In this document: positions 25,542 through 39,092 of the stretch, piece after piece
How the letters are laid out: each line of letters opens with the position of its first letter
How positions within the stretch are numbered: the first letter of the stretch is position 1
From: Podarcis liolepis
Taxonomy: Eukaryota
DNA length: 64,000 nt
Assembly: GCA_965112155.1 (NCBI GenBank)
Contig: OZ218103.1
Reading direction: 5' to 3' (one strand)
Notes under the pieces: model-generated
The model's database searches: none
What the model saw: the letters and a program-made list of their open reading frames with translations, nothing else
Told to the model about the DNA's origin: nothing
Translations under genes and position numbers: made by a program

Positions 25542-25892
25542 AAAGGTAAAGGGACCCCTGACCATTAGGTCCAGTAGTGGCTGACTCTGGGGTTGCGGCG
25601 CTCATCTCGCTTTAATGGCTGAGGGAGCTGGCGTACAGCTTCCGGGTCATGTGGCCAGCATGACTAAGCCGCTTCTGGTGAACTAGAGCAGCGCACGGAA
25701 ACACCATTTACTTTCCCGCCAGAGCAGTACCAATTTATCTACTTGCACTTTGACGTGCTTTCGAACTGCTAAGTTGGCAGGAGCAGGGACCGAGCAACGG
25801 GAACTCACCCCGTCGTGGGGATTCGAACCGCCGACCTTCCGATCGGCAAGTCCTAGGCTCTGTGGTTTAACCCACAGTGCCACCCACGTCCC
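25542..25892 (-). mobile_element. Sauria SINE, near full length
   Basis: Reverse complement of the 30605 copy; tRNA-like head with B box (ggttcgaatcc on minus strand), aaaggtaaaggg tail. Confidence 0.92.
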
Positions 25893-27143
25893 TTTGTCTA
25901 ACCCTTTGTATATTTATTCAGAAGTCAATGCCACTGTATTCAATGCAAGCTGTACAGTACCACAGCCAAAAAGAGTAATATGATGGATAATCCAACCAGG
26001 ACCAAATTAGAGAACCCACCGAGGTACAAGTCGAATCAACGTAAGGATAGACCAGGATACCTTAAAGTCTGCCTGAGACAGATGGAGTCCAAACAACCAT
26101 GCCGGTGGCAGCATTGCCGGAGGAATCCTGTTATCTGTCAACTGTGTGAACAAGGCCCACTTGGCATCTAGAGGAAAAGGGGCACTGAGTGTGGCTGGGC
26201 CAGCAATGTGGACTGTGCTGCTGGTGGAAATCCATGCTTGTTATTCTGAATTACATTTCGAAGGCCTTTTCAGTTGGATGAATATTTGTTATGTGACTGG
26301 CCAGTTCTTTATGAAAGTTTTTGCTCCTCTATATTTCTTAATATATTTGCTGTACACTGCTTAGATGTTTTCTATATGAGTTCGCGAAACGCAAATATTT
26401 TTAATGATACATAAGCAAACAAGGAAAAGGGGAATAAAGGGAAAAAATTAAATGGCAAGTTCTGCAGCTTGTGGCAAAACAAGAGGTGCTAACACCTCGT
26501 AAACAAAGGAACAAGAGAAGAGTCTGACTTGAGCAGAGGCTATGAGGAAGCACCAAAAGATTAATAAGAAATGACAACAGATCAGAGATAGAAAAGAATG
26601 AGTGGAATGTGCAGCAAAAATGTTGCAGTGTTTTAGCTAGCCAGCCAGCCAGCCATACCCTTTCCTAGGGCACTCCATTCCACTACCACCACCAGTCAGC
26701 ATTCTGTGGCCACTGGGCAGACAGTCCTCAATGGGCTATTCTGGGGCTTCCCTTCCTTTATATTGTGAACCACCCTGAGATTTTCAGATGAAAGGTAGTA
26801 TATAAATTTAATAAAAAATAAAATAATAATTAGTAGGGGTTGTTTTTTTTAAAGTAAAAAAAAACCTATTTCTGCAAACTGGTGTTTCCCTGAGCCTGCT
26901 AATACTACTCTCTTGTGCAAGAGGTGACGCCTCTTCGACTCTGTTGTTATTATTTGGGATACTGTCACAATAGACCTGATAATTAAGGTAAAAGACTAAA
27001 TATTTCCCCTTTGCTCTGTTCTGGGGGTTCTCCTGACCCCTGCCTGAGCCAATTTAGGGGGCATGCAGGGGGAAGGAGAAGGAGAAAGCCCTATTGTGCA
27101 AACAGAAGTCTGTATACTGGGCTTCTACTGATGGGACTGCTTT

Positions 27144-27380
27144 CAGGCATCCCCAAACTCGGCCCTCCAGATGTTTTGGGCCTACAATTCCTAGGTGAAT
27201 CCCAGCCTAAAAAACCAGAAATTTGAGGTATCCTCATATATTGGTTGGTGAGGTGAAGAAAAAGAACTATTAAGTCAGAGATGAAGAACCGATATTGTTT
27301 TATTATAACTCCCATCATTCATGGTTGTTGCCTAGGCTGGCATTAGAGTTGGAGTTCAACATCTGGAGGGCCACAGGTTC
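27144..27380. mobile_element. hAT-type foldback MITE pieces separated by ~115 bp of other sequence
   Basis: caggcatccccaaactcggccctccagatgttttggg ... aacatctggagggcc. Confidence 0.5.
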
Positions 27381-28069
27381 TAGTGGAATTAGTACACAAA
27401 GATGAAAACAAGAGAAGATAATGACTGCAAAAACAAGGATACCGTTCAATGAAGAAATAATCAATAGCAATGGAGGAGGAAGATCAAGAAGAATAACAGA
27501 TAAAGGAAAATTAGTTTAATTAGTTAAAGAAAGTAAAATAATTTGTTGACTAGTAAAATTACAGAAAATAAAATTATAACACAGCAAAACAACACTACAA
27601 TCAGGCAATTTAGAAGAAACTGGATTATATTTAGGCCAACAAGGAAGAATCAAGAGTAGATTGTTGCACTTTTTTGTTAACTGGAGAAACCAAAAGCAGG
27701 CCTTTCCCTCCTGATTAGGTTGTTCTTGAACTAGAAACTCTACCCAATGATTTTATTACTCTCTGCTGCTTATTTTCATTAAGTTTTTACTGTTGCAGTG
27801 TTTTTATGAATTTTATGTGCTTTTAATTCATGTTTTATTTCTTTTGAAAGCCACTATAGGAGCTGTACTAAGAAAAAAGTGGGTGAGGAGGTAATCCTAA
27901 AATTTAAAATAAAATAAGAGGAATATCCCAGCACTACCTGAAGTTTTGAATACAATCCGGAGTATATATTGCTTTAAGCTTTATGTTCACCTCGCTACGA
28001 AAATAGCTTTGACTTCATATTTCTTTTGTTGCATATTATTTTCAAATAATTTATCAAGCTTAGCAAGTT

Positions 28070-28151
28070 GAGATTCTTGTATTGCAGGGGGCTGAACTAG
28101 ATGACCCTCTGGGTCAACTTCCAACTCTACAATTCTATTGTATGATTCTAT
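28070..28151 (+). mobile_element. 3' part of a CR1-tailed SINE/CR1
   Basis: gcagggggctgaactagatgaccc...ttccaactctacaattctattgtatgattctat. Confidence 0.65.
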
Positions 28152-29979
28152 CATTTCACAACAGCGTGAAATCCAGCCACACTACCATAATAATTGTGCA
28201 GAAAGCAGCAGCCACAGAGATTTGTGACTTTGTGACAGAGTCCACTGGGTAACACTGACCACAATGGCGTCCAACTGTACAACCCAATAATATTCTTAGG
28301 TAAACAGTGTGTCATTGGAGGTTTCTCCAAATAAAAGGGAAAGCGGTTTGCACTCTGAACTCAAGTGACCAATTCGCCATATTTTTAAATAGCTCCACAT
28401 TTCATATTGTTTTGATTTCAAATGTTTGGTGCTCATGGCAAAACGGCTGCTTCTTTCTGAAAAATAACTGGATTCCAGCCCTACCATATGTACCTTCTTC
28501 TCAGCTGCTCTGGTGTGTGTGACCATAGTGTAGCCGAATAGCTAAACAGGGAAACAATAGCATTTTATTTTCTTCAAGGAATAATATTGATAGGAAAGGG
28601 TTAATCTAATGAGGATCTGGCAGTGCATATGTCTAATACCATTAGTGCTAAGATACTCAATAGTGGCATAGCCACCAAAGGGAGGAGTTTGAATTACATT
28701 TATTTTTTAACACACCCCCACACCCAAGTGTTATTTGGTCATATATCATTTAGCTACTAAATTTTTTCTAGAGTTTTTTTTCTTTCAGCCTGGATGGTTT
28801 TAGTAACCTTAATTAGAGGGGATATAAAGAAAAACACATGAGCATCCCTTTAACAAATACCATAGATCTGTATATTATTTGTTATTGTCACTTAACTAAA
28901 TTAAAGTTTCCCCCCTATTATGCAGCTCAACACAAAGCTATTAAAAATAGTTGCCATTATCGGGAAAGCGAATACACAGGTCACAATCACACATGTGGCT
29001 ACATTTATATATTTCAGGTGCAATTTTGCCACAATAGATCATGTTTTAGGGGGAAATGGTGGGCTTTCCATAATTTTTCAAGCACAGCCAAAGAAGATTG
29101 TGAGAACACCAACATGCAGCAATCCTCACCCCGTTGCATGGGCCCAATGAGGTATTGACAACATAAACTTTGCAAGACGAATATGCTCCATTATTATTTT
29201 TTGTTGTTGTTTGCTACACATTCCAGAAGGAGAAAATGCATACAAATTTTAATCTGATGTAATTTTCAGATGCTAATGGAAAATTATACTACTAATACTT
29301 TATTGGAGAAATTCTAGAATCCTTCATAAAAGCATACAGGGTTGCATTCAAGAGACTTCTGTACTTTAGTAGGAAACACAACTAAGATTAAAGAGGTATT
29401 TTCTACACCAGAAGATAGCATCATCTCCCCCCTACTTAAGAACTCCACAGTTAATCATGACAACATTAGCAGTAGGTGAGATGAATATTAAAAAGCACCA
29501 GGCCCTTGCATTGCTTTCCCAAGGATTAATGTTTTGCTCTCAAACCACATACACGACACTAGGAATGCAAACACATTTTAGAGTCCTAAAATGACAGGCA
29601 ACTAAGAAGGAAAATATAGAAGTCTGTGGTTTGTCGTGCCTCTGCCTCCAGGTTTAGCTCTTACAGAGGAACCAGTAGCAAACACAAGGCATTAATGGAA
29701 TTCAGCTGATCATACCTTAATTACCACTCAGCTAATAATAGATACCCATAAGAATAAGGGAAATCCCAACATGTTGATCAAAGCTACAAGGTTTTGCTTA
29801 GCAGAATCAGTTACAACCTTATTCTTAAAAACTCAAGATATTCTACCTGCATGGTGTTTCCTTCAGCTCAGACCATCACAGTGATACCAAAATGATAGGA
29901 CAGGACTATCTGTTGGCTGAGTGTGGGGTGTCCACAGTAGATATTGGGAATGACACCAGACTTTGTGCCATGGAACTAG

Positions 29980-30116
29980 ACCAGCCTTCTCCACCTGGTG
30001 CCCTCAAGATATTTTTTACTACAACTCCTATCATCTCTAACCATTTGCCATGCTGACTGCAACTGATGGGAGTTGTAGTCCAAAATCCCTGGAGGGCACG
30101 AGGTTGGGGAAGTTTG
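29980..30116. mobile_element. hAT-type foldback MITE
   Basis: ctggtgccctc...actacaactcctatca / tgatgggagttgtagt...gagggcacgag inverted arms. Confidence 0.7.
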
Positions 30117-30604
30117 CTCTAGATCAAGAAGAAAAGCTCTTAACAAAATCAACATTCTGCTTTAAAAGTTTGGGAAACCAGTTGATGAGTTGCATCTAAA
30201 TCTAAACCAACAATTTCTTGTTGGGACCTCATAACTTTGTTCTCCTTCTCGGAGCAAAGTCGTTTTTCCACCTCAGGCTGTCTAGTGAAGATTCCTAATT
30301 TTGGAGGAAAGAAGGTGATACAAAGTAATGGCGTTGGGAGTTATTTTGCCTCCAACTGCTCACTTTAAGAATCTAGGAGATAATGAGGAGCTTTGCAAGT
30401 CTCAGGCACCTTGTCACAAACATCTTTCAAGGTGGCAGACAAAATTTTATTTAATAAAGCTAACTTTCAAAAAAACGGTCACATTGACAGGATAGGAAAT
30501 CAGGGTCTTGCTACAGCACGCTGTCCTAGAAGATGAATGAACACAAAACATAACCACCAACCTTTTCATTCATAGTATTTATTGCCCTTCCATACAGGCT
30601 GCTG

Positions 30605-30988
30605 AGGACGTGGGTGGCGCTGCGGTTTACACTGAGCCTCTTGGGCTTGCCAATCAGAAGGTCGGCGGTTTGAATCCCCGCGATGGGGTGAGCTCCCGTT
30701 ATTTGGTCCCAGCTCCTGCCAACCTAGCAGTTCGAAAGCACGTCAAAGTGCAAGTAGATAAATAGGAACCACTCCAACGGGAAGGTAAACAGCATTTCAG
30801 TGTGCTGCTTTGGTTTCGGTGTTCTGTTGCGCCAGAAGCGGCTTAGTCATGCTAGTCACATGACCTGGAAAAACTGTCTGCGGACAAACGTCGGCTCCCT
30901 CGGCCTGCAAAGCGAGATGAGTGCCGCAACCCCAGAGTCGTCTGTGACTGGACTTAACTGTCAGGGGTCCTTTACCTTTACCTTTTTT
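30605..30988 (+). mobile_element. Sauria SINE, full length, with target-site duplication
   Basis: ggacgtgggtggcgctg head, cctttacctttacc tail; perfect 12-bp TSD tacaggctgctg (30593-30604, 30989-31000). Confidence 0.95.
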
Positions 30989-31561
30989 TACAGGCTGCTG
31001 TAAAGATGATTAAGCTAAGGAAATTAAATGTGCAGTAATTTGAAATGTGCAGTATTCCTAAGTGTTATTATTATAGAAAAAGGCACAGAAAGGGTTTGAC
31101 TTTGAAAAAACCTTAGAACAGATAGATTGAGAAGGGTACTTCAATGGTAGCAAAGAACCTGGGTTAGAACAGGTGCTTGAATGAAACTATTTTACTAGCA
31201 GATCACCTGCTGAAAGCGGTATGTGTGAGTCCCAAGCAGATCCATTCTGCTGAATTTCTTAAGCACAACTGGGACTTGACTTTAGAAGCTATTCAGCTCA
31301 CCCACAACAAACAGAAGCAAGTGCATTGTCAAGAGGACACCGGAAAGATTTATAATTTCACATTTCCCTATAAATAGGAATTAGGTTGAAGGGGGGAAAT
31401 ACTTCTGCAGCTGATTAAAGATGGGAAAACATTTTAATCTACGTAAATTGTTTATTTTTTTTTAGAAGCCACTTGAAAGTCAATACACATGTTTAAAGGA
31501 GTCTTGCAATAATAAACATCTAAAGTTATGGAGTGTGAGTATGTGTATGTGTATGTATGAG

Positions 31562-31602
<41 letters not shown>
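31562..31602. repeat. (TGTC)n microsatellite
   Basis: Direct observation. Confidence 0.95.
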
Positions 31603-34600
31603 CAACTGTATTAATTTTACTTAAATAATACAAGTTTATACAATATCCTGATATGTTATTGTAAGGGCCCAGCATTCAAACAAAGTCAGGCCATTGGTGC
31701 ATTTGGTCACTACTGCCTACTACACTGAGTGGCAGCAATGCGCCTGAATTTCAGGTGGTCAGCATTCCCGGCCGTACCTGAAGATGCTGAGGTTTCAACC
31801 TGGGACTTTCTGCATGTGAAGCACGTGCCATTGATGATAAGCATTATTTTTTTAAAAAAAATGTGGCAGATTGAGAAAAAACACGGTAACTACTATTACT
31901 GGTCCACTAATGTACTGCAGAAGCCTATGAGTAAACAATGTCACGATGTCTACTGATTCACGTTAGCTGACTGGTTTTATTCAGGTACTGCTAAACATAC
32001 AGCTTATTTCGTTTAGAGACTAAGAAATGGTTTAATGACTCCAATGTAGTGTTGACATCCATAGCCTCCTCACAAAACACCCATTAGAAGTGTTCTGAAA
32101 CCTCAGAAAGTGATGCTTCCAAAGCCAATAATCCAAAAGGCTCATCTTTCAAGCCACACTGCCTTCACAGAGCAACCTGCTTTCAGGCCAGAGGGGTGGT
32201 TTTTCTAACTCCCAATGCTGTGCAGATGTCTCTGATTGGGCCCTAATTCAACATTTGTTGTGGGCAGCAATCCAAGTAAGCCAGGGCCAATTAAAAAACT
32301 GCATCTGTATGGCGACACTTCATGCAGGCAGCCACAACCTTCTGAGGTTCGCTCCCAAATGCATGGAGAATCTCCATAGTAGTAGCTCACAAAAACATGC
32401 AAGTAAAGGCAATGGCGATACCCCTCATAATGCCAAAGGGCTGTCCCTGCTCCCCACCATTTTCAGTATTCTAAGCAGCCATGCATAAGTGAACCAAAGT
32501 GCTACAACAGTCCTGTCGTCCGTCCCCCCCTTTGTGACCCTGCTACATTCTGGGATACCACCTGGGAATTTATTTGCAAGGCTGCGGAACACCCTTTGTG
32601 GCAACTCCCAAGGAAAGATTTGAAAAACTGGTGCGAATGTGTGACATCTTGGTAAATAAAGAGGACTCCCCCCCCCCCACTGGGTCTGAAAGACCCCAAA
32701 GCCTAGAAGGGAAGGCTTTTGTGCTCCATTGTAAGTTTGGGGAAACAGCCATCCCTCCTTCCAGTCAGAATTGTTAAGCAGGCAATTATCTACAGCCACT
32801 GTGGTAAGAAAGGAAATCCTGCCAAATGAAGATGGTGAAGATGTGCCTGTCAACAGCACTTCCAAGGGTGTTTACATAGGAGAGGCTGGAAGGGTATAGC
32901 CCAACAATATTTTCAATTTCAGCTGCATTTTCTTGTTTCTCCCCTGTTGAGATACTGCAACAATTTTTCAAGTGTTAAATAGCAAGGACTGGCATTTCAT
33001 TCTATGGTGATGTGGTCCATCAGACCCCAAAAGGCTAAAGTAGCAGAAACAAAATTGAAATAATCATACAGTGTTTAAAGCCCCCAAATAAAATTATTCT
33101 CTGCACATCAGTTCCTTAAACTAGATCAAGCCAGTCACCATTATAAAACAACCTATGTGAAACTTGATTTCTAAAGACGGGCCGCTTGAAAATTACAAGC
33201 AAGAACACACACTTAGAATTAATGTCCAAGCTGATTATCAGTTCCATAGAAGAAATCATGTGAATTTCACTCAGGTATGATACACACTTGTTCCATTTCA
33301 GTGTGTATACATGTGGCAGGAAGCACCAATTTCTGGCAGGTTCCCAGGGTGACTAGCAACTGCGCACACATCATGTGTAACTGCATGTACCTCCCTGAAT
33401 GTCATTTCCGGCAGGAGCGTGATCTGTATCCATGTAGGGGATCAGGCTTATGCAATTCAGCTCTTAATCTTACCTTTCCCCCCACATTAATTTCATTTCT
33501 GCTTTACCAACAGGATTATAAACTAGTAAACAAATGTAGCTAGTTAGCATGGGAAAATGCAGGGAGTCAAAGCTCAATAAAATGCAAAAGTGCTGAGGAA
33601 CACAGTCATCGGCTGGCTCCCAAGGTCTCAATGCATTAGGGGGCAGTGTAGGAACACAAACTTGATAGTGCTTTGTTATGGTGCATCCCTCACTAACTGC
33701 TGATGCATAGCTAAAACAGCAACAGACATTGATTTATGTTCAACTTTCCATTTCATCAGAGAGATTTTTCAAAATGCTACACACAGAGTTCAAAAATCAG
33801 CAGGAAAATACACGGCCACCAAGTGTACAGCAATAACCGTACACAAAGAGCCTGAAAGAACACATAAGGTAACTGAGCATTGCTAGAAAACTCAAAGCAC
33901 ATATAGAATCTCATTTTCCAATCCCCGCCACCCTCTCCAGAGCAGGGTTAGGCAACTAGATAAGAGTCTGGAACCCTTCAGTGCACCTTACACCATAATG
34001 TAAAAGACAACACATGCCCATCTTTAACTGCTGCAAAGCCTGCCTTATCTCTGGAGGAGGTGCGGACTGGTTACTAAGGAAGGCCCAGTATCGGCAGCTG
34101 GCACTGTTGGGCATTTGCTAGGGCCCACGGGCTGGCAAGCAGTCCACGGATGATGGCTGACAAAACCCTGAAGTGACCACTTTTCCAGGGAGGAAGCGGA
34201 GCAGTTGGCCATCTAGCAGCCTGCCCTGTTCTTCTGGGGAAATGGGAGGGAGGTAGTCGGGCGAGCAAGTGGCCAGTACTTGGTGGCTGTTACACTTCCT
34301 TCTCCTTCACTACCAGCCCGTTCACCTGCCTTTTTTAGCTGGGGGCAAAGAGAAAGGAGAGAAGCAGCCTCCGCTATCAACACTCAGGCTAACAGGGCTG
34401 GGGAGGCTCCGCCATATACTGAACCCCTCCATTTGTGAATTTGGAAGACTAAACTGAAGGTGATAAAAAGTTGAATTGTTTGTTATATTTCTGTCTTTTG
34501 GGCATTTTGATTTGCAAATGTTTTGAAGCCAAAGGGTGCAGCTTCTGACTTCCTTTTATTTAAAAAAATGGGTTTTCTTTGTGACCCCCCCCCCCCCGGC

Positions 34601-34910
34601 AAAGAAACTGCAAAGGGAAACATAGATAGTTATAGCTGTATTCTCTGTCACTGGTCTGCAGACCCTCTTGACCTCAGGCCAGACACAAGAGCAGGCATTG
34701 TCAGCCGAGCAGTTGCTCTTTTGTCCTGCCTTAGTTACAAATACAGAAGTTCAAGCAATATCCTTCGTAACCTGGAAAGGACCACATTGGCGTGGTGTGC
34801 ATGTCATGTTAAACCAAGGTTTGCTCTTGGCTTATCACTTCCTGTATGTTTGTTTGGAGAGAAATAATTCACAAGCCTGGGTTCACAATGAGTCACATTT
34901 TGGGGCAACA

Positions 34911-34945
34911 CAGCAGCAGCAGCAGCAGAGGAGGAGGAGGAGGAG
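34911..34945. repeat. Compound (CAG)n(GAG)n microsatellite
   Basis: Direct observation; non-coding context. Confidence 0.85.
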
Positions 34946-35247
34946 TTAAGCACCAGTGATCTCAGCAGCATGTACCAGCACACTGCTCATTTACATTAAA
35001 CTATAGTTTACTTTAACTATAGGTTAATACAGGGTTCCCAATATGGTGCCCATGGGCTTCTATGTGTCTGCAGAGGACTTCTATGGTGCTGAAATCATGT
35101 CATCATCTCTGCGCAGATGAAAGCAGGCTCAAAAGTGTGTCTGGTTGAACCCTGAATTTAGATTTATACTTTCTAAATCCTATTGCTGATTTTTTTATTT
35201 GTACTATGTATCTCTGCCCCAGCACATTCAGACAGAGGGGCAGATTA

Positions 35248-35662
35248 CAGTGGTGCCCCGCAAGACGAAATTAATTCGTTCCGCAAGTTTTGTCGTCTAG
35301 CGAATTTTTCGTCTTGCGAATCACGAAATCCCATAGGAATGCATTGAAAATCAATTAATGCGTTCCTATGGTCAAAAAAAGTCCAAACAAAGCCAAATTT
35401 GGCACAACAACAGTTTATTAACTGCTCTTTAAAGTCACACATACTGTAAAGAGCAGTTCAAAAATTGAAGGGAAAATAAATTAACTTTATAAACAAAACA
35501 TGTCTTTGTTTTTAGACAAAGGAAACAAAGTCGCGAGACATTTTCGTCTTGCGAAACAAGCCCATAGGGAAATTCGTCTTGCGAGGCAAATCGAAAACGG
35601 AAAAACCTTTCGTCTAGCGAGTTTTTTGTCTTGCGAGGCATTCGTCTTGCGAGGTACCACTG
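35248..35662. mobile_element. Tigger/pogo-type MITE, 415 bp
   Basis: TA|cagtggtgccccgcaagacgaa ... ttcgtcttgcgaggtaccactg|TA; internal ttcgtcttgcga repeats. Confidence 0.9.
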
Positions 35663-37435
35663 TATAAATACCTTTAGTAAATTTATATATATCCCAAATC
35701 AAAATGGCCAATACTGTACCATCTAATTGATTTACTGCTTAAAGGTTCAGCACAGTGTCAGCTTGTTGAACTGTTAAGTTTGGAATACTTGCCCCCAAAC
35801 AAACAAAAATCCTCTGAAAAACATTGACAAAAGAGGATTCTTTCTATCAAACAGACTGAAATAAAAATCTACGTATGTTGTACCCAAGGCATACGAAACT
35901 TGAATTGCTGGCAGATGTTCCCATCTCACATCTTCTTTCACTTATTTCCACCAATATAAAAAACTTGCTTAAGCCTCTTTTAGTATCTCAGAACCAAGAG
36001 ATTCTCTTTTTCCAAGTACGCACATGTCCTACAAATATATTATTCATTTTTTAAAAAAATTAATACAGCAGGCTAACAAGCCCCATCCACAGAATTAGTA
36101 GTTTTAGCATCGTAATCCAGACCATATAACTTTGATAAAAGTATTCATCGCTCAATACTTTTTTCTTGCACACAGTCAGTAACTCAAATAAGGTAAGACA
36201 TACTTCCAGACTACAACCAATATTCATAACTTTTTAGAAAATATTCTTGCTGATATGTAGCTCTGAAATACTAAAATGAACATAACTACCAATGACACTG
36301 GTAATCAATTAAACCTATGGCTTAATATCCACGTTTTAATTGACCATTGCCACTCATTAGGATGAGGTATCCCAGTGTTCATGAATTTAGGAAGGTGCTA
36401 TCCTTCATGGTTACAGAGATTAAAATGTATACATACTAGTCACAATATGCCAGGTTACAAGAAATGAAACGGCAACAAACTAAACTTGCTACTTATTAGA
36501 TCTTATGAATTCTATTGTTTTAAAAATATTTTTAATGAGTTGCCAGAAGTTTACAAATATTGGGGATTAGCAGTTGCAAACTTAGATCATGTAAGTGCTG
36601 GAAATCCTGTGCCTATGTGTAACAACAAAACCACCACCATCAATGTGTGGCTTATATTAACTGCATCCTGCAGCTCCCCAATGTATCCAACATGGCCCAT
36701 GAAGGAAGCTCAATTTGCCCAGCCATAACATAACACAGAGAGGAGGCATTTTGAAGAATTAAAACCTGTTAGAAATCCTGAGTGCTTGAAAATCACTGTT
36801 AAACCCCGTTCTCTTGTTTCAACCATAAATGTCCTTCACCTTAGGTGTTGCTCACAAAACTATTACTTGGAAATCACATAAGGCTAAAGGGAAACTTTGC
36901 TAAAAGAAGGGAAATTTCAAGGGGAAATGAACTCAGCTCCAACAGGCAGATATTGAGATACTGGCTTTCTCTCTCATTGCCATGACAGGCTGGATGGGTT
37001 TCTGCCTGTGGCGAGAGCTTAAGCTGGTTTTGTTAAAAGATTTCAGTGATGGCAGTTGGAAAAAATCAAGTGGTTAACCAGAAGGAAAAGAAGAAGAATC
37101 CAAATCCTGAATGTTTTGAATTACACACAAGCTTGTCATGACCATGACCAACAAATAAATAATTTTTTTTTAAAGCAGATTTGGAAAATACTGAATTGTA
37201 AAAAAACAAAACAAAATGAATCTTGCTTTCCAGACCAGAGAAAGCTAACACATACACACTGCAAAAACAAAGGTTAAGGGAAACCAAGCAGAATATTACA
37301 GCTAATTGGGTACTTCTGGCAGTTTTGTTTAAAAAGTGTCTCTGAGACTATGATGCATCTGTAAACTACTTAAGAATCCATTCATGCTCATGCACGCAGC
37401 AAACAGCAACAAAAGTCAGGAGAGCCAATTCTTAC

Positions 37436-37525
37436 CTGAAAGAAACCTGGAGGAATGGGTCCCCCTGGCATTCCATCATTTGGAGGAATGTTTCCAAGTA
37501 CTGGACTTGGTGCTGCAGCTGCACT
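37436..37525 (-). CDS. SSBP3: SSBP3 coding exon (~exon 5, 90 nt): [30 protein letters not shown]
   Basis: Peptide recognised as SSBP3/SSDP1; acceptor ttttgtacag|AGT, donor CAG|gtaaga; phase 0-0. Confidence 0.96.
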
Positions 37526-38959
37526 CTGTACAAAACAAAAAAAAATATACATATAGATAAACAGCACTGATTTCAGGTCAGCTGAAAAGGAAGTCAACAC
37601 ACATCTCACAGCTCCATCAATTAGCACATAACCAATAACCAATACCATCATCATCAAGCCTACCCAAAGGAAATCAAACACTTCGCATTGTAAGAATGTG
37701 CCATTAAGACTAATAGAATGCCAATGGCTGCCATTCAGATTAATGTGCAACTGGGAGTCTGGTTCCGTCATCAAGCAAACTTGTGCAAAAAACCACTTTT
37801 AAGGCGCTGTTAATGGCAGTAACTGCAGCAGGTTTCAAAGCTAAGCCACCATACTGAAATTCCCAAAGCGTACCCACAGTCAAAGGAGGTGGCAAACTCC
37901 TATGTTTTGAGCAGAGGGTGTGCACAAGCACGATCTGATACCTCTGTTACAACATCTGGGGTCTTCTTCAGTGTAAGACATGGTTATTCATCCAATAAAT
38001 AATGAGTTATCAGCCATCCCACTTGTTCTTGTTATAATTTAAAAACTTCATGAATGTAAATGCCAGTTGCCAACATCATGAGAAGTGTCTAGACGTCTGC
38101 TTGAACATGTGAATGTGTATCTGTGGACTGGGGCACATATGAAAGTCCCATCCGCACTGTCCCAGTGTGAGCTGTCCTGTCCACTCAGTTCCTAGCCTCT
38201 CCTGTGCTGATGTTCTCATGTGCTCATGCTCAAGCAAATGTGAGTAAAAGCCCCTGCAGACATTTCCTGCTCTGGAAAAATATACTAACCCCCACAATTC
38301 GCAATCTCATCTAAATGTATCAGAAGCTGGAAATGTTCATTTCTGCTTCATAAAATATGAGATTTTGTAGTGAATATTTCAAGCAAAGCAAAAAAAAGTG
38401 TTATGTGTTGGTTTTTTATTAATTAATTTTTTATTGGAGATTTAAGATATGCTTTCATTGTACAGTATGACAATGCAAACAGCAAGTATTCCCATTCAGA
38501 AGCACAATTTTAAAAATAAACAATCCAGATTTAGAATAAATACAAATCAAAATAACTTAAATTGTTTTCCAGATATGTATATTGGCAGGTGATCAATATA
38601 TAAAATCAAACTTTTAATAAAACATTCACAATGTTAAAAAATATGGGGGGGGGGTGGAGAGAATAAATAAGGTTTAAATCAACCAGATCCATTTGTACGC
38701 TGGCAATGGGCACTGCCCATGTTATTTAATATTTGTATAAACCACAAAATCATACCAAACAGAAATAAACTTATCTATCTTATTCTGGCCTTTCAAAACA
38801 CTTAGTTTGCAAGTCCATTGTTCCAGTAAAACTATATCCCATATTATATAGGACCAGTACTTTATGGTGGTCTCTCTAGTGTCAAGCTATGGGTGCCATA
38901 TAATTGTTAACTTCATACCTCTTCCTTCCTTCCAAAGCAGCACAGGGCAGGGTTTTTGC

Positions 38960-39092
38960 TTCAAAATCACCCTACAAGGTAGGTTCTGAGGTATGCCCAA
39001 GGCCACCCAGAAAGCTTCATAGCTGAGCAGGGAATATGAATCCAAGTTTCCCACATCCAAAGCCAACATTCTAGCCACTTCACCACACTCTG
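38960..39092 (-). mobile_element. Degenerate MIR/CORE-like SINE
   Basis: ccctacaaggtaggttctgag...cccaaggccacccag..agcttcatagctgag...attctagccacttcaccacac. Confidence 0.6.

Noticed and set aside
34911-34945. PolyQ/polyR coding tract in ORF 34668..34949
   Set aside because: Microsatellite within an old repeat, antisense to SSBP3, with no exon signals.
35248-35662. Repeated ttcgtcttgcga units as a CRISPR-like array
   Set aside because: Irregular spacing, bounded by TIRs and a TA duplication; these are subterminal repeats of a Tigger-type MITE. The same applies to 52708-52952.
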